Assembly (NCBI GenBank): GCA_049700215.1
Contig: JBNAVT010000005.1
Coordinates: forward strand, 1 to 64,000
DNA from: Thermoproteota archaeon
Lineage (GTDB): Archaea > Thermoproteota > EX4484-205 > JAAOZP01
Direction of reading: 5' to 3'
Length of the DNA: 64,000 bases
In this document: positions 39,120 to 48,678 of the stretch, in pieces
Numbering within the stretch: position 1 is the first letter of the stretch
How the letters are laid out: the number at the start of each line of letters is the position of its first letter
Translations under genes and position numbers: made by a program
The notes under the pieces: generated by a model
Database searches by the model: none
Told to the model about the DNA's origin: nothing
The model's input: only the letters and a program-made list of their open reading frames with translations

Positions 39120-39695
39120 ATGCGGGATGACTATGCTTGGAACCGTATTATTCTGGAGGCTTACGGTGTCTCTAGGGATCTAGGGGTTCCTGCGATAGAG
39201 ATGTATGATGGCCACGTGCTTTTCTCAACGGCCTTTCTAACGGCTATACGGTTTGGATGTTTGAAAGCCATGGACGCTGGTGCGGGCGTAGGTTTTTCAA
39301 CGGTATGGATTGCTAAAGCTATTTTAGGGTCAGGGGTTGATGGTAACGTCTACGCTGTTGAGAAGAATATTCGAAGATTCAGGAGGCTCAAGGAGCTTGT
39401 TGACAAGCATCGTTTAGAGCATCTAATCACGCCGGTTAACAGCGACGTGTTAGAATACTGCAGGAAAGTCGGTGAGCTGAATCTAGTCTTCATGGATATT
39501 GAAAAGGAGCAGTACTTAGAGTTTTTCAACCTGATTAAGAGCAAGATTCTTATAGGCGGAGTGATGCTTGCACACAACGTTAAACACCCGTATGGCACCG
39601 TAGAGGATTTTCTAAACGAGGCTTCTGGTGGAATGTGGAGAACCGTTATAGTGCCTACTGGGGCAGGAGTCTCCATAAGCATTAAAATTGGTTAA
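39120..39695 (+). CDS. SAM-dependent O-methyltransferase (class I)
   Basis: DAGAGVGFSTVW, FMDIEKEQY and AHN motifs. Confidence 0.85.
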   Translation: MRDDYAWNRIILEAYGVSRDLGVPAIEMYDGHVLFSTAFLTAIRFGCLKAMDAGAGVGFSTVWIAKAILGSGVDGNVYAVEKNIRRFRRLKELVDKHRLEHLITPVNSDVLEYCRKVGELNLVFMDIEKEQYLEFFNLIKSKILIGGVMLAHNVKHPYGTVEDFLNEASGGMWRTVIVPTGAGVSISIKIG

Positions 39696-40561
39696 GACTG
39701 TAAGACCGGTTTTCTGGATGATTCCCTAATGCTTTCCTCAATCGCTTTAACGATGGCTACTGGCTCAAGCATCTCTTCTCCTGAAAGTATCCACTGCTTG
39801 TTGTCAAGCATCTCCTTAATCCTCATCATCCCCCTCTTATAGCAGTCCTTGGAGTCAACCTTGGCTGAGAAATAGGTTTTCTTAGTCAGTCCCTCAACAG
39901 AGAAGACATAGGGCATTTCAGGAGCGATCTTTACTGTTCCAATCAGTTTATCGTGAACCAGTGTCGCAACTATGTTTTTATTCTTCACGGTTGCATAGAT
40001 CTCTCTCACCCCGTTCCCAGCTATCTCGTTGAAAATTTCCGCACAATGCACCCCGTAGAAGATTAATCCGCCATACTCGCTTTCAAGGTCTCCTGGGCCT
40101 AGGACGCTCAGGAAAATCGGCTCCTCGTTCTTAAAAATTTTTTTAAGCTCTTGCACGGCGTCCGTAAACCTCAGGGTCGAAAAGCTCGTTAAAAGGGTTT
40201 GTTTCTCCTTCGCTAACTCGATGATTTTTTCAGCGTCTGCTACCGTGGCTGCTAGAGGCTTATCCACGAAAACCGGAATCCTGTTTTCTATGAATGGCTT
40301 AGCGTATTTCAGGTGCAGCCCGCCGTGTCTAAACTCCACGAACGCGACATCAATGTTTCCAATCATCTCGTTTACATCTGAAACAATGTTTTCAATACTG
40401 CCTTTCTCTGCAACCTCTCTATTCCTTGCTTCGTCGAACCCGAAGAGGTGGGTTGCTTTGAAACCCGGTACGTAATTTTCCCTGTCTATGCCGTTCGCGA
40501 TCTGTGAAAAAGTTATTGCATGAGAATTGTCTGACCCAACTATTCCTATCCTGTAAACCAT
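39692..40561 (-). CDS. Gfo/Idh/MocA oxidoreductase
   Basis: The likely start is ATG 40561 (MVYRIGIVGSDNSHA). FVDKP and FYGVH motifs. Confidence 0.85.
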   Translation of the reverse strand: MVYRIGIVGSDNSHAITFSQIANGIDRENYVPGFKATHLFGFDEARNREVAEKGSIENIVSDVNEMIGNIDVAFVEFRHGGLHLKYAKPFIENRIPVFVDKPLAATVADAEKIIELAKEKQTLLTSFSTLRFTDAVQELKKIFKNEEPIFLSVLGPGDLESEYGGLIFYGVHCAEIFNEIAGNGVREIYATVKNKNIVATLVHDKLIGTVKIAPEMPYVFSVEGLTKKTYFSAKVDSKDCYKRGMMRIKEMLDNKQWILSGEEMLEPVAIVKAIEESIRESSRKPVLQS

Positions 40562-40602
40562 GTGGGCGGGTGAGTGGAACGACTTTATAAGTTTTTTCAG
40601 AA

Positions 40603-41037
40603 TCACTGTTTTTTCAGCTTGAACAGGAAGTGGCAGCATTCATCTCCTCTCATTAAAAGCTTGTCTCTAACCAGTTCTATCCCATGGTCAAATCCTTTCA
40701 CAACATAGTGGTCGCCGCTGCAGATCACTTTTTCACCCACGTCGGATGCGTTGAACTTTTTAAAGATTTCAGCGTGGACGCACTTCTTAACAATAACCTC
40801 CAAGGCCTCTTCGCTCTCCTCCAAAACTTCGAATTCATGAGCCTCCCTACTGAACAATGTTAGAAAGTATCTGGGAGTTTTATCCCTCGCCTCTATGCCT
40901 CTCTTCCTCCATTCCTCCTCAATCCTTCTATTCCTCCAGTCCACCAAAACGTCCAGCGCCTCTTTCCCAAACTCTTTCTCAAGAATCCGACTCATCATAA
41001 TTAAAGAAAAATCTCTATAATATCTTAATTCGCTCAT
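40603..41037 (-). CDS. L-2-amino-thiazoline-4-carboxylic acid hydrolase-like (V4R-like) protein
   Basis: KKCVHAE, ICSGD and LMRGDECCHF cysteine pattern. Confidence 0.8.
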   Translation of the reverse strand: MSELRYYRDFSLIMMSRILEKEFGKEALDVLVDWRNRRIEEEWRKRGIEARDKTPRYFLTLFSREAHEFEVLEESEEALEVIVKKCVHAEIFKKFNASDVGEKVICSGDHYVVKGFDHGIELVRDKLLMRGDECCHFLFKLKKQ

Positions 41038-41203
41038 TTCTAAACCTAAACGGCTCTTCTCACTATTAAATCTTTCCTAAAGTAAGCATGATTCCTGCGC
41101 AATATTTCTTAAGGATGTTTCCTGGAAACCCTGCGAAACTTGTTCAATCGCCTTATGCAGAAGAATTAAATAGTTTTTCTCTCCCAATAGACGTGGATTC
41201 GTG

Positions 41204-41935
41204 ATGGGAGCTGGAAGCATGGTTGTAGTCGAAAACCTGGTTAAACGCTTCGGGGATCTGGCGGCTGTCGACGGGGTTTCGTTAAGAATTGAGAAGGGTG
41301 CAGTATTCGGGTTAATAGGTCCGAACGGTGCTGGCAAGACTACCATTCTAAGAATAATGGCGACACTCCTCCTGCCCACAAGCGGCTACGTCAACATACT
41401 TGGGTATGATGCTGTTAAGGAGGCTGGTAAAATCAGGCCTTTCATCTCATACTTGGCTGAGGACGCTGGGACATATAGAAACCTGAGCGGCCGTGAATAC
41501 TTGTCTATAGTGGCCAGGATATACTTTGATTCGGATACTGAGGCGTCTAAAGCTGTTGAGGATGCGGTAAGAATCTCAGGGCTGGGTGATAGGGTGGATG
41601 ATAAGATGAAGACTTACAGCAAGGGGATGAAGAGGAGGCTCCAGATAGCGAGAGCATTAATGACTAAGCCGAGGCTAGCGATATTAGACGAGCCTACTGC
41701 AGGCCTAGACGTTTTTCACGCGAAACACATAAGGGAGGTTGTGAGCAGACATGTCAAGGAAGGTGGAACAGTGGTTCTTTCAAGCCACAATATGCTTGAG
41801 GTCGAATACTTGTGTACTAGAGTTGCTTTCATACACCGTGGGCATGTCCTTTTTGAAGGAGCGCCGGAGGAGATTAAAAATGAACTCAGAGTTTCGAATC
41901 TCGAAGAGGCATTCATCGAGGTGACCAGTAGATGA
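41204..41935 (+). CDS. ABC exporter ATP-binding subunit
   Basis: GPNGAGKTT, YSKGM, ILDEPT and SSH motifs. Confidence 0.95.
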   Translation: MGAGSMVVVENLVKRFGDLAAVDGVSLRIEKGAVFGLIGPNGAGKTTILRIMATLLLPTSGYVNILGYDAVKEAGKIRPFISYLAEDAGTYRNLSGREYLSIVARIYFDSDTEASKAVEDAVRISGLGDRVDDKMKTYSKGMKRRLQIARALMTKPRLAILDEPTAGLDVFHAKHIREVVSRHVKEGGTVVLSSHNMLEVEYLCTRVAFIHRGHVLFEGAPEEIKNELRVSNLEEAFIEVTSR

Positions 41936-43263
41936 GGAAGCTTGTTTCACTGGTTGAGAAGGAGGTTAAGGATCTTCTAAGAGACCCCAGGATATACATT
42001 GGCCTGGTTGTTCCCGTGGTGCTGATGCCCTTACTGGGTTTTCTAATGTCCACATCGATGAGCAGCTCTATTGAAGCCGGGGCTAAGGGTTTGAAAATAG
42101 CTGTACTCGACTACGATAAGACCGTTTTAAGCAACGCCTTTCTAAACCTTTCTAGGAGCCTAGGGGCGGATGTTAAGAGTATTGATGTTGCTGACGTTGA
42201 AACCGCGGTCAGTGAAGCGAGAAACCTCGGTTCAACCGCTTTAATAGTTATAGGGAGAGGGTTTGAGGATGATCTGGTTAACTTCAGGAGGGCAAGAGTT
42301 GAAGTATACGTCGTAATGGAGACCATGAGCCTAGGCTCAATAGGCGCATACTCTGCCGTTGAAGGATTATTGAGTGTGTCCTCGAAGATTTTCAGCAACA
42401 TGTTGATCTCTAAGCTTAACTCAAACATCTCTCCCGATGTTGTTCGAGAACCGTTTAACATTTCGACGCGCTCAATACTCAAGGATAAAATAATCGAGGT
42501 TCCTCCTCAAGTACTTTTCAACCAACTCTTAATGGGGTACAGCATTATGATTCCGCTGCTGCTTTTAATGCTGTCTATTACTGTCGTCCAGTTTGCTGCT
42601 ACTGCAACCGCGGTTGAGAATGAGGAGAAAACCCTGGAGACTCTCTTGACTTTCCCGGTGACGCGCTACGACATCCTGCTGGCTAAGCTGCTGGGCTCAT
42701 CCATCCTGGCTGTAATCGGGAGCATCCTGTTTACTGGAGGGTTCATCCTATACTTTAACAACATGCTCACCATGTCTGGTTTCAATTTTCCCGTGGGAGA
42801 CGTTTCTCAACTGCTTCCCTCACCCCCGCCTGAGAGCTTCATTCTTCTCGCTGTCAGCCTGATTCTTGCAATACTTTTCGTAACGTCTCTCGGAGTGGCG
42901 ATCGGAGCATTAAGCAGCGACGTCAGGATGGCGAACTCCCTCCTCGGAGTGGTAATAGTTCCGATAATGGTGCCCTCGCTACTCATGATGTATGGGGACC
43001 TCAGCACACTGCCCTTAACCCTTAAACTTCTAGTGTACGCTCTGCCCACATCCTACCCCATAATGATCGCTAAAGACATGGTTATGACGCCAATATCCTT
43101 TGAAGCCATTCTCGGAATCCCGTATTCTGCAGCCCTAACGGTTCTCGTCCTCTACGCTACGAGCATGCTACTGGCGCCGGAGAAACTCTTAACGATTCAA
43201 TACAGGCTGAGGCTCAGGGGTTCTAAGAGACGGCAGATCAAGGAGCTTGAAACCAGTCTATAG
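41932..43263 (+). CDS. ABC-2 type permease (NatB-like)
   Basis: KEVKDLLRD, ENEEKTLETLL and multiple TM helices. ATGA overlap with the ATPase gene. Confidence 0.9.
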   Translation: MRKLVSLVEKEVKDLLRDPRIYIGLVVPVVLMPLLGFLMSTSMSSSIEAGAKGLKIAVLDYDKTVLSNAFLNLSRSLGADVKSIDVADVETAVSEARNLGSTALIVIGRGFEDDLVNFRRARVEVYVVMETMSLGSIGAYSAVEGLLSVSSKIFSNMLISKLNSNISPDVVREPFNISTRSILKDKIIEVPPQVLFNQLLMGYSIMIPLLLLMLSITVVQFAATATAVENEEKTLETLLTFPVTRYDILLAKLLGSSILAVIGSILFTGGFILYFNNMLTMSGFNFPVGDVSQLLPSPPPESFILLAVSLILAILFVTSLGVAIGALSSDVRMANSLLGVVIVPIMVPSLLMMYGDLSTLPLTLKLLVYALPTSYPIMIAKDMVMTPISFEAILGIPYSAALTVLVLYATSMLLAPEKLLTIQYRLRLRGSKRRQIKELETSL

Positions 43264-43376
43264 TGACTTTTCAATCGCCCTTTCCTCCAGCATTTTTCCA
43301 AGTAACACGTGGGAAACCGGTGGTTAGCGTCTCGATGCACAGATAATCTTAAATCGGTGTTTGCAAAGCGCCAAAT

Positions 43377-43830
43377 GTGGGAAAACCAAGCATAGTCAAG
43401 CTCGGCACTATTGACTGTGATATGGTGGAGACGACGCCGATAGTCTTTCAGAATAGGCTTTACCGCTTCGAATATGTGCGCTCAAACTACAAACCGAATA
43501 AAACAGGCATCCCGTTAGCGCGCGCGCACATTGTCCGCTCGAAAAACCTTGCTGACTGGCAGAGCAGTTCTTTTAATCCAGTAATGCGTCCCTCAGCCGA
43601 AGATAAGAAGATTGCTAATGAAAATCTATGAAAATCTTACAGTTTGGCAGAGGAACAGGATTCTTAACGCTGTTAACATAAATAATTCGGATGTGGATTT
43701 TTGCGAGTTCAACGGGAAAACAGTTATCTACTATAGTTGGGGAGACCAGAAAGGCACCGAGTTCTTGGCTGAGGCTGTTTACAACGGTAAGTTGGAAAGC
43801 TTCTTGAAATCATTCTTCGAAGATAGTTGA
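43377..43830 (+). pseudogene. Remnant of a beta-propeller glycoside hydrolase-like gene, with a 10-bp duplication frameshift and a probable large internal deletion
   Basis: Tandem atgaaaatct at 43618-43627 and 43628-43637. Removing one copy joins KIANENL to TVWQRNRILNAVNINNSDVDFCEF. An Asp-box-like RSKNLADW is present. Confidence 0.75.
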
Positions 43831-43961
43831 AGACCAGTCTCGTTTTCTCCGAGAAACCCTTTCGAAACATAGGGAAAAAAGCGTAACCTGGTGGCAGTGA
43901 ATGTTCCGCAAGCTTAATAAGCATCGTTCAGAGAAACGCTGCTGGCAGGGCGGTTCACGGC

Positions 43962-45227
43962 ATGAAGGTTGGTTATGCGAAAAGAGACGTGACTCCTCCA
44001 ACAGGGATAAGACTAGGTGGTTATGGAGGTAGGTTTGGCAAGCCTTCTCAAACCGTCCATGATCCTCTTCTGACGAGCACCATTCATATCGGATCGCGTG
44101 ATGAAGACGTGCTTCTAATACACTGCGATGTGCTCGGTGTCTATAGAAGCTTCGCAGATGATGTTAAAAAGGCTCTTCAAGCTAAGACCGGGATCGATTC
44201 GAGCCGAATATTTTTAACCACAACCCATACTCACTCCGGGCCTGAGACAATCGTCCCAATGTGGCCCAACACATTTCCATACAGTAGTGAGGAGAAAAAG
44301 GTTTTCAGCCGATGGGAGAAATTCTTCAGGGGAAGCATCATCGAAGCCTCGGTAGAAGCGTATGAGAAGTCTTCGCCTGCCTCGGTTAGATTCGGAACAA
44401 CCCGGGTTCCAGGCCTGACTTATAATAGAACGTATAAGAATGGTGTTATCGATGAGCGTATGCCCTTTATGCTAATCAGGAATAGGGATTCAAGCATCGT
44501 TCTGACTAATTATTGTTGCCACCCTGTTTGCAACACTGATTTCGGCATCTCCGCAGACTACCCGGGGGAGCTCTATGCTAACATGCTGAGAAACGGTCTT
44601 GAAGTCTTCTTTACGACCGGCTCAGCGGGGGATATTGATCCGCTTGAGAAAGGCAGAGGCTTCATATCGAAAATGGGTTTAGAAATGCAGCTTGCATTGA
44701 AAGACGCTGTGAAAGATTCGATCGAACTGGCCAACGGGAGAATAAATGTTCAGAATAGAAGGGTCAGGCTGAAGCTTAGAGACCCGCCTCCTCTAAAGGA
44801 GGCGAGGAGGAGATTCGTCGAACAGTATGAGCTTTACAGGAGTAAACTGGGAGACCAGGAGTATGTTGTCGACCTCCTTTACGCGGATGAGGAATATGAA
44901 GTCGCCAAAGAGGGTAAAACATCTGTTGAAACACTGATTCAGACGCTGACCCTAGGAAGTGGGGTCGCATTCATATCTGTTCCCGGGGAACTGTTCGTCG
45001 AATTCGGGTTGAAGATAAATGAGGGAGCGAATACAATGGGATACAGGTCTACACTAATCTCCACGTACTCGGAGGATTATATTGGTTACATTCCTGATAG
45101 GGCGGCTTTTGAAAAAGGGTCTTATGAAACTAGGCTTGCACGCTGGAGCAGAGTAACGCCGGATGCTGGAGACCAGATATTTCAAGCAATTCTGGACTGC
45201 CTTAGATCATTGAAGGAGAGCCTGTGA
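43962..45227 (+). CDS. Neutral/alkaline ceramidase N-terminal domain-like metallo-amidohydrolase
   Basis: VTPPTGIRLGGY, HDPL, THTHSGP, CHP, ISADYPG, PGELF and GYIP motifs. Confidence 0.85.
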   Translation: MKVGYAKRDVTPPTGIRLGGYGGRFGKPSQTVHDPLLTSTIHIGSRDEDVLLIHCDVLGVYRSFADDVKKALQAKTGIDSSRIFLTTTHTHSGPETIVPMWPNTFPYSSEEKKVFSRWEKFFRGSIIEASVEAYEKSSPASVRFGTTRVPGLTYNRTYKNGVIDERMPFMLIRNRDSSIVLTNYCCHPVCNTDFGISADYPGELYANMLRNGLEVFFTTGSAGDIDPLEKGRGFISKMGLEMQLALKDAVKDSIELANGRINVQNRRVRLKLRDPPPLKEARRRFVEQYELYRSKLGDQEYVVDLLYADEEYEVAKEGKTSVETLIQTLTLGSGVAFISVPGELFVEFGLKINEGANTMGYRSTLISTYSEDYIGYIPDRAAFEKGSYETRLARWSRVTPDAGDQIFQAILDCLRSLKESL

Positions 45228-45258
45228 TCAGTCTGTTTCAGGGCAGCAGTCTCAACCG

Positions 45259-46623
45259 TCAAGCCATACTGTTGGAACCTGTTCTCCTCAGGTTATTAAG
45301 GTTAATCTTAGCTAGTTTACCGTAGTATTCCCTGTCGAATCTTTCCAATTCACCTAGTGTTTTAGACCATGCTTGCGCCGTTCGCCATATCCGAACATGG
45401 TTTCTAAGGGCTGCATCAATATCATCAGAGGTGGGAACAACATTATGATATCCGGGTAATCCCATTGAACCATAGTAACACCAGAGGCCTACAGCATTAT
45501 GAATCTGATAACCGCTGACCGTGTAGCGAAGGAATTCTTCACGCTCCAAACCTTCGCGTCCAGCTTCCCCTCTCAACACATAGTCTGCATAAGCATGGAC
45601 AAACGGCAAGTATACGCGGCAGGTGCCGAATGGCTCAGTGCTTGAATGCAGATAGAGTAGCCGGTCGCCAAGGATGGATCGAGCTCTTCGAATCAAGTAA
45701 TATCCTGGGCGGAAATCCTTCCTGTGGCCACACCATCCGTCGAAGTAAAGACCATCTACCCTATACTCCTTCAAAATCCTTCTCATCTCCGAGAACAAGT
45801 CTGGAGCGTTCGAGTAATACGGGCTGAAATAAACTAGAAACTTCATACCGTTTCTCCGGGCTTCCTCCCTGACTCTTGCAAACTCCGTCGGATCCGCTGG
45901 CACAGGATGATCGGTTTCCCACGGCTTAGGATGCTTGTAATCCGAGCCAGGTGGATCCTCAGCCCATTCAGGAGCATCAGCAGCCCAGCCCTCATGTATA
46001 GTGAACACTCTGCAATATTTCGCGTCGCTTCTAATAATCTCGTCAGAAGGATATGGCTCCTCCAAGGTTCCTTCATGAGCCAATGATTCCGAAAGCTTTT
46101 TCAAATCGATTTCTCTGGGTGGGCATATTGAGACCCAGAGTTCATCCCACCTGGCTAAATGCGTCTGCACCATCCACGACTCAGATCCTAGACCTGTTGC
46201 CTCTGTCTTCCGTGTCGGAATGCTGAAAAAACCGCATCCACCTAAGGAGTCTAAAAGGAGTCTATTACCGTTAATTTCTTGGGCGTAGTATGGGGGAAAA
46301 TGACCTTCAAAAGTAAGCTTAAGATGCTGCTTTGGAGAAAATATGATTAAAGAATCACCCTGTACAGTCAGCTCGAGGCCCTTTCCTTCGAAAGTACATC
46401 TGAACTTGGTTTTTCTGGAGACCCTCCATGGAGACAGGTGATCCGGCAGCTTACAGCTTAACACCCTGCGTTCAACACCGATACGTTGCTCAACTTTAAG
46501 CCGGCCCCCATCCTCCAGCGTTAGACGCATTCCTGGAGTTAATACTTCAAACCCTCCACAGGTACTTTGTACACTCTGAATACTCATCCCCATAAGAACC
46601 TCGTCCCCCGCATCGAAATCCAT
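45259..46623 (-). CDS. Hypothetical protein, putative glycoside hydrolase (beta-sandwich + TIM barrel)
   Basis: 454-aa ORF with IHEGW, GMKFLVYFSP, VDGLYFDG and ADYVLRGE. Confidence 0.6.
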   Translation of the reverse strand: MDFDAGDEVLMGMSIQSVQSTCGGFEVLTPGMRLTLEDGGRLKVEQRIGVERRVLSCKLPDHLSPWRVSRKTKFRCTFEGKGLELTVQGDSLIIFSPKQHLKLTFEGHFPPYYAQEINGNRLLLDSLGGCGFFSIPTRKTEATGLGSESWMVQTHLARWDELWVSICPPREIDLKKLSESLAHEGTLEEPYPSDEIIRSDAKYCRVFTIHEGWAADAPEWAEDPPGSDYKHPKPWETDHPVPADPTEFARVREEARRNGMKFLVYFSPYYSNAPDLFSEMRRILKEYRVDGLYFDGWCGHRKDFRPGYYLIRRARSILGDRLLYLHSSTEPFGTCRVYLPFVHAYADYVLRGEAGREGLEREEFLRYTVSGYQIHNAVGLWCYYGSMGLPGYHNVVPTSDDIDAALRNHVRIWRTAQAWSKTLGELERFDREYYGKLAKINLNNLRRTGSNSMA

Positions 46624-46762
46624 GACTGTTTTCCTCGCAGTCTTTAATTAAAGGTTGCTCACGGCAAACATGCAACGGCTTCTGACGGAAGCCTTCGCAC
46701 GGGTTGAAGCAGACCCTCATGCTTCAACAGTGCGTCAAGTGTTTTAATCGTCTCCCGGCTAC

Positions 46763-47998
46763 TCAGGCTCCAGGCAACCCTTTCTCCATCTTCTGCTCAA
46801 GCTCATCCCAGAGATACGTGATTTTTCCACGCTTGCCGAGGGCTACTTCAATAGCTTGCCGTATATCCGGGTCGTAGGCTGGACAATAGTCGACGAAGAC
46901 CCCTTTGTCCCTGTAATCTTGAAGACACCTGCCTATGATAACGTTTATCCTGCCCTCTACGGGTTTAGCACCCCTGCCGATAACAATCGCCATCTTAGGT
47001 CCTTTCGCAATCTCCCTCACGCCAATCTTTTTTATCGCAATGGATAGCTTTTTCTCGCAGCCTGAGCAAACATCCCCCTGGACTAGCTTAACGTTCCTAG
47101 CCTGTTTAAGAAGCCTTGCGGGTTTCGCGAGCGGCATCACAAATATTTTTCTCGCGGCTTTTCCGTCTTTAACAAGCTGGTCGAGAGTTGTTCCAACAAG
47201 CTCTATTTTCTTCGGATCTATCTCTCCCAAGCCGAGTTCGTGGGCATATCGAATATGCTCGATACTCGTCGGGTTGAAACCCATTCTGAGGCAGGCTATG
47301 GCGTCTGTGGCAACAGGGTCATCACCAGCTATTATAAGCCCCAGTGGGAAAGCATCGCTGTATCCGACGCCTATTAAACCCTCTATAATAGTTAGCCTCA
47401 CGCGTAGAATTCTGTTTAGTTCAGCAAGAGTCCAATTCAGGCTGTTTAGGTGGCCGAGCCGTCGCTGCGTAGGCCCTATGACACCCCACATGTTTTTCAA
47501 TCCCAGTGTAACGTTGCACAGCCCATGATGCTTCATGACTGGAAGGCTTATGATAAGATCAGCCTCCATGACTGTCTTAGCAACCCTTAGCGTAGGACAG
47601 CCTCTCGCATTCGGGACCTCTACTGTTACCTGCTCGTCCCTACGGAAGTCGACGAACCTGGCTCCAGCTTTCTCAACAACCTCTCTTATCCGCATCTTCT
47701 CGAAAACCTCACTAGACCTTGTTCCGACTAGAGGGTTCTCGCCGACGATAACGTCGCACCCAATATCCCTGAATATTTTCGAAACCGCGTATATTACTCG
47801 TGGGTCAGTGGCTTCAACATCCGTTACGTTCAGAATATTCGGCTTCACAACCACCTTGTCACCCTGCTTCGCGAAGGACTCCGGGCCGCCGAGCAGCTCT
47901 ATGCTGCGCTTGACGCCGTTGAAAACATCCTCGTCGAAGCATTTTCGCGGAACCTTTACAACAGAGACTTTCGCCAAGGTCAGCACCCTGCTGGACAT
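46763..47998 (-). CDS. DUF362 domain iron-sulfur protein
   Basis: VVVKPN, TDPRV, PVMKHH..VTLGLKNMWG, DPVATD, and C-terminal CSGC, GRC and YCPA. The start is ATG 47998 or TTG 48010. Confidence 0.85.
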   Translation of the reverse strand: MSSRVLTLAKVSVVKVPRKCFDEDVFNGVKRSIELLGGPESFAKQGDKVVVKPNILNVTDVEATDPRVIYAVSKIFRDIGCDVIVGENPLVGTRSSEVFEKMRIREVVEKAGARFVDFRRDEQVTVEVPNARGCPTLRVAKTVMEADLIISLPVMKHHGLCNVTLGLKNMWGVIGPTQRRLGHLNSLNWTLAELNRILRVRLTIIEGLIGVGYSDAFPLGLIIAGDDPVATDAIACLRMGFNPTSIEHIRYAHELGLGEIDPKKIELVGTTLDQLVKDGKAARKIFVMPLAKPARLLKQARNVKLVQGDVCSGCEKKLSIAIKKIGVREIAKGPKMAIVIGRGAKPVEGRINVIIGRCLQDYRDKGVFVDYCPAYDPDIRQAIEVALGKRGKITYLWDELEQKMEKGLPGA

Positions 47999-48109
47999 AG
48001 GCTTCGCCAAGCTTATTTAAAGATTCATCGCTGTTTCGAGTAAGCCTTAATACTGAATGGGCTCCCTTCTGATTAAATGTCGTCGGGGAAGCTTGATGTC
48101 TGGAGGCTG

Positions 48110-48678
48110 ATGAGTGAGAGTTTTGACGAGAAACTTCCTAGGCGCACCGCCATCCTTGTGAAGGAGGATGATTTTTCCCTTTCATTTGCATACCCTTCTG
48201 AATTCGGCGCTATCGGATGGCTCGCTGGATACTAGGATAGGTGTGGAAGGCTTTTCCCGTTTGCATACGGGCTGGTTGATTCGGAGAAGGCTCGACAAGC
48301 TAGGAAGAATTTTCTCAGGCTGATCGGCGACTACGGGTTTTTACTCTTGCTCCTGGTCAGCCTGGTTTTGAGGAAGGAGTTTACTGGAGGGATCCAGCAT
48401 GGGCGAAATCATGCTCTCTAGCAATGGCTGCAGCGTTCAACTACTATCCTGATCTCTTAAAGGCGGTGAGAGATTCGATACTAAGGTTTCTTCTGAAGTA
48501 TCCGAGCATCTGGGAGTGCATGAGTGCTGCAAAAGGAAATACTGCTCGTGGGGGTGTTGGAATAATTGCTACGCCTGCCGTCTCTTCGAACGTGGGGGCC
48601 GGTGAAGCCATAGTCGCTCTTCTAACATACTACGGGAAGAACATGTTTTCAATAGAGCCTAAACGAGGTTCTCTTTGA
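48110..48678 (+). pseudogene. Degraded gene remnant, possibly an (alpha/alpha)6 glycoside hydrolase
   Basis: SD ggagg and ATG 48110 open a frame reading GWLAGY*DRCGRL...AYGLVDSEKA, with TAG at 48233 and 48419. An 84-aa tail follows in another frame. Confidence 0.45.

Noticed and set aside
46654-46734. Possible tRNA
   Set aside because: There is no acceptor stem, no T-loop GTTCRA and no D-loop consensus.
48233-48421. Two in-frame TAG codons suggesting pyrrolysine or recoding
   Set aside because: TAG is a normal stop for many genes here, no pyl genes are in the window, and the locus also shows a frameshift. Decay is the simpler explanation.
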